A stretch of 64,000 nucleotides of DNA from Octopus vulgaris (Eukaryota), in assembly GCA_951406725.2 (NCBI GenBank), contig OX597832.1:51646001-51710000 (forward strand). Reading direction: 5' to 3'. Both the position numbers and the translations under genes were made by a program. This document shows, in pieces, positions 1-12,390 of the stretch. Within the stretch, counting starts at the first letter, position 1. Each line of letters opens with the position of its first letter. Below the pieces are notes generated by a model. That model made no database searches. It was not told the origin of the DNA and worked only from the letters and a program-made list of their open reading frames with translations.

Positions 1-387
1 CCCCATAGAACTTAAGTGACATTTCACTTCATTTCGCATTGCTCCAGTCCACTCAGATGGCAAAAATGAGTAATCCTGTGATAGGTACTACTCAGAGAGT
101 TGCCTGGGATAAGATGAGCAAATATCGACAAATGGATGGATGCAGTGACATGCTGCAAAAGTGCATGTCCCACCCCCCATACCTGACATGTAATTATGAA
201 TGTGTTCAGATGATGCATGTTTAAGGAAAGTTAGAAAAGATTGAAAGATACTATCTACATAAGAGAAGGCTACTGGTGTATAGAAAGACAAGAGAGGAGA
301 CAGAACAGAGCCCTGGGGCACACCGGAGTAAATAGAGTGAAAAATAGAAAGTGCTCAGACAACACATTTTATTAGTGTTAGATATGT

Positions 388-690
388 GAAAGCACATGGC
401 TTAGTGGTCAGGGTATTCAGCTCGCGATTGTAGGGTCGTGAGTTCGATTCCTGGTGGCACATTGTGTCCTTGAGCAAGACACTTTATTTCACGTTACTCC
501 AGCCCACTTAGCTGGCAAAAATGAGTGGTACCTGTATTTCAAGGGGCCAGCCTTGTCACACTCTGTGTCACGTTGAATCTCCCTGTGGAATGCTCAGCCA
601 CTTGCATGTTAATCTCACGAGCAAGCTGTTCCATTGATCATATCAGCTGGGACCCTTGTTGTCATAATCAACGGAGTGCTTCCTATCCTA
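388..690 (+). mobile_element. tRNA-derived SINE (family D; relatives at 1880-2092, 6935-7155, 18603-19310, 29939-30443)
   Basis: A box tggcttagtgg, B box gttcgattcc, core ttgtgtccttgagcaagacact...ctggcaaaaatgagt. Confidence 0.75.
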
Positions 691-1380
691 TGTTAAGACA
701 CTATCAATCCAAGAAATGAGAGATGGTTAGATCCCCTAGGTGGGTAGTTTTCATAGGTTTGCATACCAAACTTTGATGATGTCAAGGGCACCAATGTTGC
801 TTTCAGCAAGTTTCTTCAAGTAGTAACCCCATAAGACCTTGAATCTCTCTCTCTCTCTCTCTCTAATTAACAACCATAAGACAATTATTAAAGAGAGATT
901 CAAGTTGCTGGAAAATGTCGTTAATGACTGTTTCTATTACTTTGGAGATATTGGGAGTGCAATAAGGTGATAATTAGTAGGGTCAGAAGAGTTGCTTTTT
1001 CTTGGGAACAGCACACCTTCCCAAGACTTGTGAGTAGATTTGGTAGAGGGAAACTGAAGGAAGCCAATGAAGTGTGTGTGCATGCACGTGCATATGTGTG
1101 TATGTCTTTGTGTCGTGACAAACAGTGTTGGTGTGTTTATGTCCCCTGTAACTTAGCAGTTTGGTAAAAGAGACTGACAGAGTAAGTACCAAATTTTAAA
1201 AAATAAGTACTGGGCTCAACTCAAAGATCACAATAGATCACTGGAATGATAGAAATTGGGGGATTGAAGGTCTTGTTGAGTATAGGAGATAGCTCTGTGA
1301 CACAATGCTTGAAAATTATGGAAGGGACACTTTTAGGCTTTGTTGGTTTGAAGTAAGCGGAGACATTTTCACACATAGCA

Positions 1381-1864
1381 TCTCTATATCTATAAATGGC
1401 AAAATGTCTGTGAATCTGTGTGTCTGTGTGTCCTTTATACAAATCTACAGTTTTTCACATAAAAGGCTTGCATTTTCTACAGGCTTTCAAAACTGTCTGA
1501 GGGTGGTCGTGAAGATCTTTTCATTTCCCCAGTCACCCCAGAAAGCCATTAAAAAAAAAATCGATAAACCGACCCCTTATGCGTTTTCTGCTTTCTTCTG
1601 CCTCCTTTTTTGTCCGACTAATGGCATGTGCACAGTCCCGCTAATTTTCCATGATTATGCCGTTCCATGTGTGAAAACCAAAGTCCAATGAATATCAATT
1701 ACTCTCATAAAAAGCCTCCAACTAGCTCATAAACAACAAAACTGGCCTGGGTTGAAATGCGATGAGAAACTTAGCTCTTGATTTAGTGAGAAATTTTTAC
1801 TGTGACCCAGCAATGGACAACAAGCACTAGCACTAGACCCGGCAATGCTAGGTCATAGTGCTAG
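1381..1864 (+). mobile_element. Non-autonomous Helitron
   Basis: A|TC start, tctatatctataaa 5' end, subterminal hairpin gacccggcaatgctaggtc, CTAG|T end. Confidence 0.75.
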
Positions 1865-2829
1865 TATGTATATAAAAGCTCTTTCCCAAGTCATATAGAC
1901 TCACATAGTGCCAGTTTCCCAAGGGTCCTAGTCCATTGTAGGTACAACTCATTTTTGCCAGCTGAGTGAACTGGAGTAACATGAAGTGAAGTGTTTTGCT
2001 CAAAAACACAATGCACTGCCTGGTCCAAGAATTGAAACCACAATCTTACGATCATGAGTCCAACACCTTAACCACTAAGCCATGCATTTCCATTGTTATA
2101 TGTGTATAGAAGGTGATGGATTTGGAAGAGTCGACGGGAGCTTGATTTGGAATGAGATTTGCCAAATGTATGCTGTACTGAGTTGGGTGCAAAGCATGTG
2201 GCAAAGAAGAAGGCTTCCTCTGCAGAGATTCTGCTCACAGAGACATCGCTGATATAAAGTGAAGTGAGACAGGTTTCTTATAAACGTTCTTTTAGCTAAA
2301 GTCAGGAGGGTAAGTTGCAGTTTGGGAAGTGAAAAGCCTTCTAATTCATTGTTTTCATGAGAAAAAAATAATGCATTTTTTTATTTCTATTCATCATGAC
2401 ACTTAAATACTACTCGTTAATAATTTTAGGTGGTTCTTTTATTTCTAGTCTTGTGAAAGTGAAAGCAATTATTTTATCAGAAATATGTTTTTTTAGGCCA
2501 AAACATGAAAACGTCTTCTCTAGCACAAATAAATAAAATAAATAAATAAATAGCTGTTTTCAAGCGCTGAAAAATGGAAGTATTTTTCTCAAGAGTTAAA
2601 AGTCAAATACAATGAAGAATGACATAATTTCACAGAAAAAGTGAAAACCTGTCATTTATCTGCCATTAATTGTTCTCTCTTTTGTTTAACAAACAATATA
2701 TTAGGTTGGGTAACAGTTGTGCTTTACTTGAAGTCATTAGAGAATGTGATCAATATACAGGGTGTCTATAAAGTCTTTTTACAATTTAAAAAAATTATTA
2801 CAAAGACAATTGATAAGATATCTTAATTA

Positions 2830-3015
2830 GGATCTTTTCGGTTTGAATGGCAGTTTTTTCTAGCGGTGTCATATGAAATTGTCACCCATAATTATGACCC
2901 TAGTATCAATCTATTGCATTTCAATCTGCTTTAGGGTTAGGGTTAGGGGTGGGGGAAGGGTATCTTTTGTTCTTCACAAATGTAAATAAACCCAATCTGT
3001 TTCTTAAATGAGGGA
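2830..3015 (+). mobile_element. Truncated Merlin-like MITE copy with internal TTAGGG repeats
   Basis: Same TIR (ggatcttttcggtttgaa) and body as 18735-19142; ends where the HERO sequence begins. Confidence 0.8.
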
Positions 3016-6000
3016 AAAACCATAAGAAGTGTGGCCAGAATCTCCTGGAAAAAGACCATAGCAAGGGTCATTCCACAGTTGAATTGGAAGAGCCAAAAAA
3101 TGTGATAGGTGTGAAGAAGCCAAAATTTAAGTGGCTGAAAGCAAATGGTGCAGTGAGCTATAAAAAATTTTGACGACGAGGTAGCAAGAATGACCACCAA
3201 ATTCAAAGATGACAACGAGCAAAAGCTTGAGAACTTGGCTAATATAATCTACAAGGAAGGGGAGAAAAGATTTGAACTTGAAACAACAGGGAACGTAGAA
3301 TCATCGGCAAAGGGCAGACCATTGAGGGGAGAAAGACGGATCGCAAAGATATGAGAAGAGAAGGGTTAAAGCAGCTATATGAAGAGATAAAAAAGAAAAG
3401 AGGCATTAAGAACTACTCAGAAAAGAAAGAAGGAAGAACAGAAGAAAGGAGAGAGAAAAGAACTATCGTAGTTTTGTGAACAACCCTTACAAATACTCGT
3501 ATGTGAAACATTTATTTACTGAGAGTAAAAGCGGAAGATTGGATTGCACGAAAGAGGAGCTCGAATGCCATCTTAAAGGGACAATGACTCTGACAGAAAT
3601 AAAATACTCCCAGAAATGCACGGGCTGAAGAAAGCACCTGAACCAAGGGTACCATTCGATTCGAGTGACATCAGACGAAAAGAAATGGATGAGTTCATAA
3701 GAAAAGCAAGAGCAAAAAGTTCACCAGGGAACGATGGAGTGAGCAACAAGGTATATAAGTATTGCCCGAAATTACGTGTGCAGTTGTTTGCACTGATAAG
3801 AGAAATGTGGAAGAAGAAAGATGTAGCAGAGCGATGGTGTATAGCTGAAGGTATCTATTTACCTGAAGAGAAAGATACAAAAACACTAAGGCAATTCAGA
3901 CCCATTTCATTATTAAATACTGATGGGAAAAATCATGTTTGGAATTATTGCTAGACAAATCATAAGATTCATACAGCATAACGGATATGTTAATGAAGCA
4001 ATCCAAAAAGCAGGGATCCCTAGAATCCCTGGGTGCATAGAAAATGCATTTGCCATCTGGAACGCTATCACCTGTGCAAAACAACTGAGGAAAAACCTGT
4101 ACATTGTGTAGCTAGATCTTGCCAATGCTTATGGATCTGTTTCACACGCACTAATTCAAGCAGCTATGGATTTCTTTTGGATTCCAGAAGATGTTCAACG
4201 AATGCTCATGTGTTACTACGACAACTTGAGAATGAGATTTACAGCAGGGAAGTTCACAACAGAGTGGTATTGCAGCTTGATGCACAATATCAGTCATCTT
4301 ATTTGTGTTAGTCATGAAGATGTTACAAAGATACCATTAAGGGCTTTTATGGATGACGTAACTATATTATCAGAAAGTAGAGAAGCAGCAGATGGAATGT
4401 TAGAGCGGTTGGACGAACTGATAGAATGGGCAAGAATGAAATTCAATGCCAAAAAATCTCGAAGTGTGGCTTTCATGAAAGGAATGCAAGAAGAAGTGAA
4501 ATTCAGGATAGGAGGTGAAGACATACCAACGGTGAAAGAACAACTAGTAAAGAGTCTCGGCAGATGGTACAAAGATTTACTAAATGATAAAAAGCAAAGC
4601 AAAGAAACACATGATTTAGTGGAACAAGGACTAAAAGTAATTTATGGAACAACATTACCGGGAAAGTTCAAATGTTGGATACTGCAATTTGGACTGTACC
4701 TAAGGATAATGTGGCCACTGCAAATGTATGAAATAGCCTCGAGTAGAGTAGAAAGATTGGAACAAAGATGCAGTGTGTTTATCAGAAAATGGCTTGGTCT
4801 GCCGAAACCACTGAATACAACTGCACTATATGGAAAACCCGTGCTGCAACTACCAATAACATCAATCGCCAAAGAATATAAGGCAGGAAAGGAAAGGACA
4901 GTAATGACTCTAAGGTATTCAAAAGATCAGAGCATCCGAAAAAACCCTCCAAAAGTATGAACAGGGGGGAAATGGAATGTGGAAGAGGCAGTAAACAGGG
5001 TGATTGGAAAACTAAGGCACGCAGATATAGTCGGAGCGACGCAAGAAGCAAGAACCGGCCTAGGGTTGCAAAATTTCAGGCCATTTTGCAAGAGTAGTGT
5101 AAAAGAGATGAAAGAGGCAGTGGTACACGAAGTGAGAAAGGAGGAAGAAGAAAGGCGAAATGTACATTTGGTGCAATGTAGTCAACAGGGACAGAGCCTG
5201 AGATGGGAGGAATATGTGGTCAGTCGCAGAATCTCATAGAAGGAACTTTGGGTTTGGGAACAAGCAAGGACATTCTTCATGATCAAGTCTGCCTTCAACA
5301 TTTTACCCTCACCAGCAAATTTAGTCCGGTGGAACATACAAACTGATGAATGTAGATGTGGAGAGAAAGCAACGGTGAGACATGTTCTGTCAAACTGCAG
5401 GCTAGCACTAGACAGATATACATGGCATCACAATCAAGTACTTGGCGTCATAAGTGCAGCACTGAAGAAGATTGAGGGATATAATAGGGGTGAGTACCCA
5501 AAAGTGGAAAAGCACAGAAAAATATACTTCCACAAGGAGGGAAAAGGATACAAGGCCAGGCTTTCAAATAAAATATACGAAACAGATGAAAGATGGAAGG
5601 GATGCTAGGAGCTGGCCACGGATTTGGGAAAACTGTTAATATTTCCACTCATAAAAATGACAAAAAGACCAGACTTAATCCTATGGAACAGAATAGAGAA
5701 TCAGAATTTTGCTAGAGCTGACAGTGCCATGGGAAGAGAACATCACTAATGCAGAGCAACGGAAGGAGAAGAGGTATAAAAAATTAATAGAAGAGTGCAG
5801 AGAACAGGGATGAACTGTTGAGTATTACCACCAGGCAGTGAGGGCTAGAGGCTTCATTGAAAGGAAAATGACAACGTTATTCAAAATAAGGTTTGCATTT
5901 TTGAGCTCAGGAGTGAGAAAAGTAATGAGGATACAGGAGACAGTCGAAAGAGCTAGCTTCTATATATGGCTGAAGTGAGAAGACCAAAAATTGCTTGAAA

Positions 6001-6020
6001 GCCATAACATGCCGGTTGGG
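3016..6020 (+). mobile_element. Decayed HERO-clade non-LTR retrotransposon (RT, CCHC zinc finger, restriction-like endonuclease)
   Basis: Collinear broken ORFs 3616-5608 carry SSPGNDG..KVYKYCP, QFRPISLLN, QKAGIP.IPGC.E, DL.NAYGSV.H, AFMDD, SLGRWY, LPGKFK.W, KWLGLP and CRCG...HVLSNC...RYTWHHNQVL. KRPDLILW and LELTVPWE follow at about 5665-5735. Several stops and frameshifts. Confidence 0.9.
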
Positions 6021-6021
6021 A

Positions 6022-6223
6022 AATAGCTATTTCTTTACTACCCACAAGGGGCTAAACACAGAGGGGACAAACAAGGACAGACAAACGAATTAAGTCAATT
6101 ACATCGACGCCAGTGCGTAACTGGTACTTAATTTATTTAACCCCGAAAGGATGAAAGGCAAAGTCGACCTCGGCGGAACTTGAACTCAGAACGTAGCGAC
6201 AGACGAAATACTGCTAAGCATTT
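6022..6223 (-). mobile_element. Meta-domain-like SINE (family B)
   Basis: Core aggtcgactttgcctttcatcctttcgggg...taagtaccag recurs more than 12 times in the window. Confidence 0.8.
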
Positions 6224-6607
6224 CAATGCACTCAAAACCAGAGCTGAAGACACCTCCAAAGTGGGGGGTGCCATGTCAAAAACGGTAGAGGAGTAAAGGC
6301 TGAAACCAGCCGTGGTTCCTCCTGATAATGTCTTTAGCCACTGGATCCTATAAAGGAGCTGTCGAGGTAGCAAACCAAGAAATGTGGTTGGAATTGTCCC
6401 TTATATTTTCTACTCTGAACAAACTATTAAGCTTATAACAAAGATATTCCCCTTAGAAGACTTCTAAGATCAACTTCTATGTTTTGGTACCCTTACGTTT
6501 ATAGAGGCGTACCTTCTTAAAATACATAAAATCATGCTATACACTGGAACAGTCTGACCATGAAATTAATGATGTCCAAGTGACTGAGTACTCCATAGAC
6601 ATGCATT

Positions 6608-6908
6608 GTTTGTTCCTTCTCGAGCCATACCTGGCTCATAAGGGCCGGTTTCCCGGTTTCCTTGGCGTGTAAGTTCCCCACCTGGACAGGACGCCGGTCC
6701 GTCGCAGGTGAGCTGCAAGATGCAGGTGGAAAGAGTGAGAGAAAGTTGTGGCAAAAGAGTCAGCAGAAGTTCACCATTACCTTCTGCCAGAGTTGCGTGG
6801 AGCTTAGGTATTTTGCTCATAAACACATGTATCGCCCGGTCTGAGATTCGAATCTGCGACCCCTCGACCACAAGCCCGCTGCTCTAACCACTAGGTCATG
6901 TGCCTCCA
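6608..6908 (-). mobile_element. tRNA-derived SINE (family C)
   Basis: Reverse-complement copy of 49081-49382, with A and B boxes in the head. Confidence 0.8.
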
Positions 6909-7329
6909 TTTGATCTTGATCATAGACATGCATACTTTTAATGCAGTTCTCAGGGAGATGCAGTGTGACATAGAATGTGACAAGGCCGACCCCTTGAAAT
7001 ACAGGTAACACTCACCTTTGCCAGCTGAGTGGACTGGGGTAACATAAAATAAAGAATCTTGTCAGAAGACACAAATTTCCACCGGAAATTGAACTCAACA
7101 CCTTATCCTTGTGAGCTGAACATGTACGCTAACCAATAAGCCATGCACCTTCACACAATATGTAAATCACGAGGATATTTAGAAAAGCTTATAGAGATGG
7201 ATGTTGTTTATTTTTGGTAATTCTTAAATTTTCATCCCAGTATATGCTTAGGGGCTGGCTATGGGTGTAAGTGTAAAGGAGGAGGGGTGCTAAGGAAAAG
7301 GAAGAAAATATAATTCTGTTAATTCCAGT

Positions 7330-7967
7330 ACTCTTTACTCTTTTACTTGTTTCAGCCATTTGACTGTGGCCATGGTGGAGCACCGCCTTTAGTCGAGCAA
7401 CTTGACTCCAGGACTTATTTTTTGTAAGCCTAGTACTTATTATAGGCGCAGGAGTGGCTGTGTGGTAAGTAGCTTGTTTACCAACCACATGGTTCCGGGT
7501 TCAATCTCACTGCGTGGCACCTTGGGCAAGTGTCTTCTACTATAGCATTGGGCTGACCAAAGCCTTGTGAGTGGATTTGGTAGACGGAAACTGAGAGAAG
7601 CCCGTCGTATATATGTATATATATGCGTGTGTGTGTTTGTGTGTCTGTGTTTGTCCCCCTAGCATTGCTTGACATCTGATGCTGGTGTGTTTATGTCCCC
7701 GTTACTTAGCGGTTCGGCAAAAGAGACCAATAGAATAAGTACTGGGCTTACAAAAGAATAAGTCCCAGGGTCGAGTTGCTCGATTAAAGGCGGTGCTCCA
7801 GCATGGCTGTAGTCAAATGACTGAAACAAGTAAAAGAGTAAAAGAGAGAGTATTCTATTAGTCTCTCTTTTGCCGAACCACTAAGTTACGGGGACGTAAA
7901 CACAGCAGCATCGGTTGTCAATCGATGCTGGGGGTAGAAACACAGACACACAAACATATACACACAC

Positions 7968-8038
<71 letters not shown>

Positions 8039-8201
8039 TGATGGACTTCTTTCAGTTTCCGTCTACCAAATCCACTCACAAGGCTTTGGTTGGCCCGAAG
8101 CTATAGCTGAAGACACTTGCCCAAGGTGCCATGCAGTGGGACTGAACCCAGAACCATGTGGTTGGTAAGCAAGCTACTTACCACACAGTAACTCCTGCGC
8201 C
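7330..8201 (-). mobile_element. Family A SINE (Nin-domain-like) interrupted by an opposite-strand family A copy
   Basis: The tail half (7330-7443) and head half (7851-8201) rejoin as gtacttattctat. Confidence 0.85.
7445..7850 (+). mobile_element. Full-length family A SINE (~410 bp)
   Basis: Head ggcgcaggagtggctgtgtggtaag, core gtgagtggatttggtagacggaaactg, internal (TA)n(TG)n, tail (aaagagt)n. Confidence 0.9.
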
Positions 8202-8545
8202 TTTTTATTTTATTTCATATAATTTTTATCAGATTTTTATGTTTTCAACAGAAGAATGCAGGGTAAGGGATGGGCGTAAAAATGTCAAAATTTAATTTTG
8301 TTTTTTGACCTCCTCCATTTTTTAATTTTTTTTTTTTGATATTTGATAACAGCTAAATAAGAATAATTTGTTATTTGGAATACATATATCAGTTTTAATA
8401 ACCTTGCCTGAATTGTAAAAAAACACATTTTATCTTGGCAAAAAAATAAAATAAATAAATACAAAATAGAATCATTTCAGTTATAATGTCAACAGTGTCG
8501 TTTCAAATAACATGGAATTTTATTGGGTGTTGAACAAGAGGCAGT

Positions 8546-9120
8546 TTATTCTTTTATTCTTGTTTCAGTCATTTGACTATGGCCATGTTGGAGCACTGCC
8601 TTTAGTCGAGCAAATCGACCCCAGGACTTATTCTTTGTAAGCCTAGTACTTATTCTATCAGTCTCTCTTAGTGAACCACTAAGTGATGGGGACGTAAACA
8701 CACAAGCATCGGTTGTCAAGCGATATTGGGGGGACAAACAGACACACAAACATACATACATACATATATATAGTTAATCCAAACATGAAAACACAACAAC
8801 GCAAGGACGTGGAACAAGTATAGTATTATTGGACGCTCAGGAAGGAAGGAAAGGAGGATTTAATGTTTCGAGCGGAGCTCTTTGTCAGAAACATAGGAAA
8901 AGGAAAGATCCAAAGAAGGGAAGATGGAGGGAAAAAAATCGCCAACGGTACACACGTGGTCACATTTTGAATATATAAATACATACGATGGGCTTCTTTC
9001 AGTTTCCGTCTAGCAAATCCACTCACAAGGCTTTGGTCGACCCGAGGCTATAGTAGAAGACACTTGCCCAAGGTGCCACGCAGTGGGACTGAACCCGGAA
9101 GCAACTTACCACACAGCCAC
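8546..9120 (-). mobile_element. Family A SINE with a Penelope-like fragment (about 8775-8970) in its microsatellite
   Basis: SINE tail and head flank an unrelated insert carrying a hammerhead-like motif. Confidence 0.75.
8857..8893 (-). ncRNA. Degenerate minimal type I hammerhead-like motif (Penelope-like repeat)
   Basis: Minus strand reads tgttt CTGACAA a gagc tcc gctc GAAA catt aaatc; the core is mutated. Confidence 0.45.
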
Positions 9121-9659
9121 TTCACAGTTTTTCTACCTTATTAGTTTAACTACAAAAGTAGATCAAATGGTGGTCTTACAACAAAAGCTAATTCTTAAAT
9201 TCCACATTTCCTTTCTTTTATTTTTTTTTTCATAAAGCATTGACAAAACTGGTAATCTTTCTATTGTGGTACAAAGAAAAATGGCAAAACCAAAATGAAA
9301 TAACTGGAAGGAAACAAATAATTGCAACAGGTTTTGTTATTGTTAGAACATTCAAACTCCATGAGAAAGTGCATTATGCTTCACTATAATCAAACATGAA
9401 GTAATCTATTTATTGCTTCTACCTTTTATTTACTTGTGAACATCATGTGTACAAAAAGGCATACAAAAGGTTGTTTGAAGCAGTCAGTTATTCAACAGTG
9501 GTAAAGGGAGAATGACAATGGTAAAGCTCACACGCACGTGATAAAATGTGTGTCTGCTAAGGAAGAGCTGCTTGCAAGAAAGTGAACAATACATTACATG
9601 TGGAAGCCAAAGTAACTGACCCCTCCTTAATGTTCTGTGAAGGTTTGTATTTATATCTT

Positions 9660-10053
9660 ATTTCTTTATTGCCCACAGAGGGGAAAACAAGGACAGACAA
9701 AGGGATTAAGTCGATTACATCGACCCCAGTGCGTAACTGGTACTTAATTTATCGACTCCGAAAGGATGAAAGGCAAAGTCGACCTCGGCAGAATTTGAAC
9801 TCGGAACGTAAAGACAGACGAAATACCTATTTCTTTACTACCCACAAGGGGCTAAACACAGAGAGGACAAACAAAGACAGACAAACAGATTAAGTTGATT
9901 ATATCGACCCCAGTGCGTAACTGGTACTTAATTTATCGACCTCGAAAGGATGAAAGACAAAGTCAACCTTGGCAGAATTTGAAATCAGAACGTAGCGGCA
10001 GACGAAATTCCGCTAAGCATTTCACCCGGCATGCTAACGTTTCTGCCAGCTCA
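9660..10053 (-). mobile_element. Family B SINE, two tandem units
   Basis: Core repeated at about 9715-9825 and 9895-10010. Confidence 0.85.
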
Positions 10054-10635
10054 TCTATTGGAAAGCTGAATGCATGTTGGAGAACAATAGAAAGTAAATT
10101 TCCTTATCCATGTTATTAACCTGCTTTTGACCTAAGAATGTTAACTCAAACAAAAGAGCCAGAATAAGTATGACAAGTGCCCTATAAATTCGGGCACATG
10201 GCCTAGTGATTAGGGTGTTGCAATCATGATCGCGGGATCATGGTTTCAATTCCTAGACTGGGTGATGCATTATGTATCCGAGGTCGACTTTGCCTTTCAT
10301 CCTTTCGGGGTCGATAAATAAAGTACCAGTTTCGTGTTGGGGTCGATGTAATCGACCTAATCCCTTTGTCTGTCCTTGTTTGTCCCCTCTATGTTTAGCC
10401 CCTTGTGGGTAGTAAAGAAATATATAAATTTGTAATACTAATGCTGAGAACAACGGTGAGGGTGCGGGGGAAGGATCTTGTAGAAAAATCTAGGCTAAGG
10501 TTTCAAATCCTGACTAAAAATTTTAGAATCAATTTCTTACATAATCAATAATCTGCAATGATAAGTAAGTACGTCTATGAATAAAGGTACAGCAGACATA
10601 ACCATCTTGTTATTTTGTTGGTGTATCTACAGACT

Positions 10636-11232
10636 TGGAGAAGTTGTTGGTGTATCTACAGACAATGGAGAAGTTCTTAAGCAGATCAGGCCGAAAATGT
10701 CGCTAGAAGCTAGGATCACCAAGCATAGAATGGCATATTTTGGTCATGTTATGCGGAGAAAATCCCTGGAGAAGGACACCATGCTCGGATTGGTCAGTGG
10801 CAAGAGAGGAAGAGGCCAACCAAGAACCCGCTGAGATACCGGAATGGACATAGCCAATCTGAAAGAAGCGGCCCAGGATAGAATTGACTGGAGGACACTG
10901 ATCCAACGAGTGACCGAGAGTCGACTTCGACTGAGCGGATAGAGAGAGAAGTATTGTACATATATACCGTCAGTTGTTAAAGGTGAAAAATATGTGTTCA
11001 GAGAAAGCGATGGGGGGGAAGATAAACTATTGGAGAAGGACATCATGCTCGGAATGGTCAGTGGCAAGAGAGGAAGAAGCCGATCAAGAACCCGCTGGCT
11101 TGACACCATCAGGAGTGATACCAGAATGGACATAGCCAATCTGAAGGAAGCGGCCCAGGATAGATCTGACTGGAGGACACTGATCCAATGAGTGACCGAG
11201 AGTCGACTTCGACTGAGCGGATAGATAGATAG
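10636..11232 (+). mobile_element. RTE-clade LINE 3' end, present twice in tandem
   Basis: YFGHVMRR..LEKD.MLG.VSGKR.RG..RTRW motif occurs twice, with (GATA)n tails; atctacagact repeated at 10625-10635 and 11233-11243. Confidence 0.85.
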
Positions 11233-11800
11233 ATCTACAGACTATATTATTCATTGTGTATTTTCCTTTTGCAAGATGTTGTTGTGATGACTGTGGTGAT
11301 AGTTGTGATCATTAGGGGTAGTATATAGCCCCAACCCGACCCCAATTGAGCAAACTTATTAAAAAAAGGCTTTCCACCTGTGACTATTACTGTCTCTTTG
11401 TTTTCCTTTAGCTTCAGGCATGGGCAAGGATGTATGGTTTGACAAGAAGAATTTGATAGAATAAGTACCAAGCTTAAAATAAAATAAGTACTGGGACCGG
11501 TTTGTTTGGCTAAACCCTTCAAGGTGCTGCTCAATAATGGTCCAAGTCTAATGACTGAAACAAGTAAAAGATAAACCAACACAGGTTGTCAAGCAGTGGT
11601 GCAGAACAAACACAAACACATACACATGTGTGCGTGTATATATAGTGTATACATACATATATATATATATATACATATATATATAATATAATATATATAT
11701 ATAAAGGGAAAGTTTATGAAAATAAACAAAAGACGAAGGCAGGTGGAGTACAAACAAACAAATGTATTAGTATAGCGCTCAGGAATAGAAATAGAAAAAG

Positions 11801-11838
11801 TCTTTTACGTTTCGAGCCTATGCTCTTCAACAGAAAGA
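11801..11838 (-). ncRNA. Minimal type I hammerhead-like motif in a Penelope-like repeat (11704-11910)
   Basis: Minus strand reads tcttt CTGTTGA a gagc atag gctc GAAA c GTA aaaga. Stems I and II pair perfectly; core position A6 is U. Confidence 0.6.
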
Positions 11839-11911
11839 TACACAGGAAAAAAACAAGGAGAGAAACAAGGAGAGAAAAAAATGAATGTAGGAGCTAACGA
11901 TCTATCATTAG

Positions 11912-12390
11912 CATCATCGTCGTTTAACATCTGCTTTCCATGCTGGCATGGGTTGGACGATTTGATTGAGGACTGGTGAACCAGATGGCTGCACTAGGGT
12001 CCAATCTGATCTGGCAGAGTTTCTACAGCTGGATGTCCTTCCTAATGCCAACCACTCTGAGAGTGTAGTGGGTGCTTTTATGTGCCACTGGCACAAGGGC
12101 CAGTCACGCAGTTCTGGCAACGACCATGCTCAAAAGGTGCTTTTTACATGCTACCTGCACGAGAGCCAGGCCAGTGGCAACAACTACGCTCAAATGTTGT
12201 TTTTCACGTGTCACCGGCACACGTGCCAGTAAGGTAACACTGGCAACGATCACACTCGAATGGTGCTTTTTATGTCCCACCAGCATGGGAGCCAATCAGC
12301 GGCCCTGGCAACACTTATGCTTGGATGGTGCCTTTAATGTTCCACTGGCACGAGTGCCAATCAGGTGGTACTGTCATTGGCCACATCAGT
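11912..12390 (-). mobile_element. RTE-tail retroposon (family also at 23785-23960, 26320-26700, 26700-27280, 41390-41580, 42272-42530, 63786-63920)
   Basis: (CAT)n-gtttaac-ctttccatgct...ctggatgcccttcctaa signature with internal ~50-60-bp subrepeats. Confidence 0.75.

Larger units (their letters stand above)
76..2330 (-). mobile_element. Fragmented Jockey/CR1-type LINE RT, interrupted by SINEs and a Helitron
   Basis: PQGSVLSPLL (88-321) and PSIIFKHCVTELSPILNK (1221-1442) are RT-region motifs, collinear on the minus strand. Confidence 0.55.

Noticed and set aside
2931-2960. TTAGGG repeats as a telomere or fusion site (also 12977-13010, 14378-14400)
   Set aside because: Only 2-4 units, always internal to the Merlin-like MITE family.
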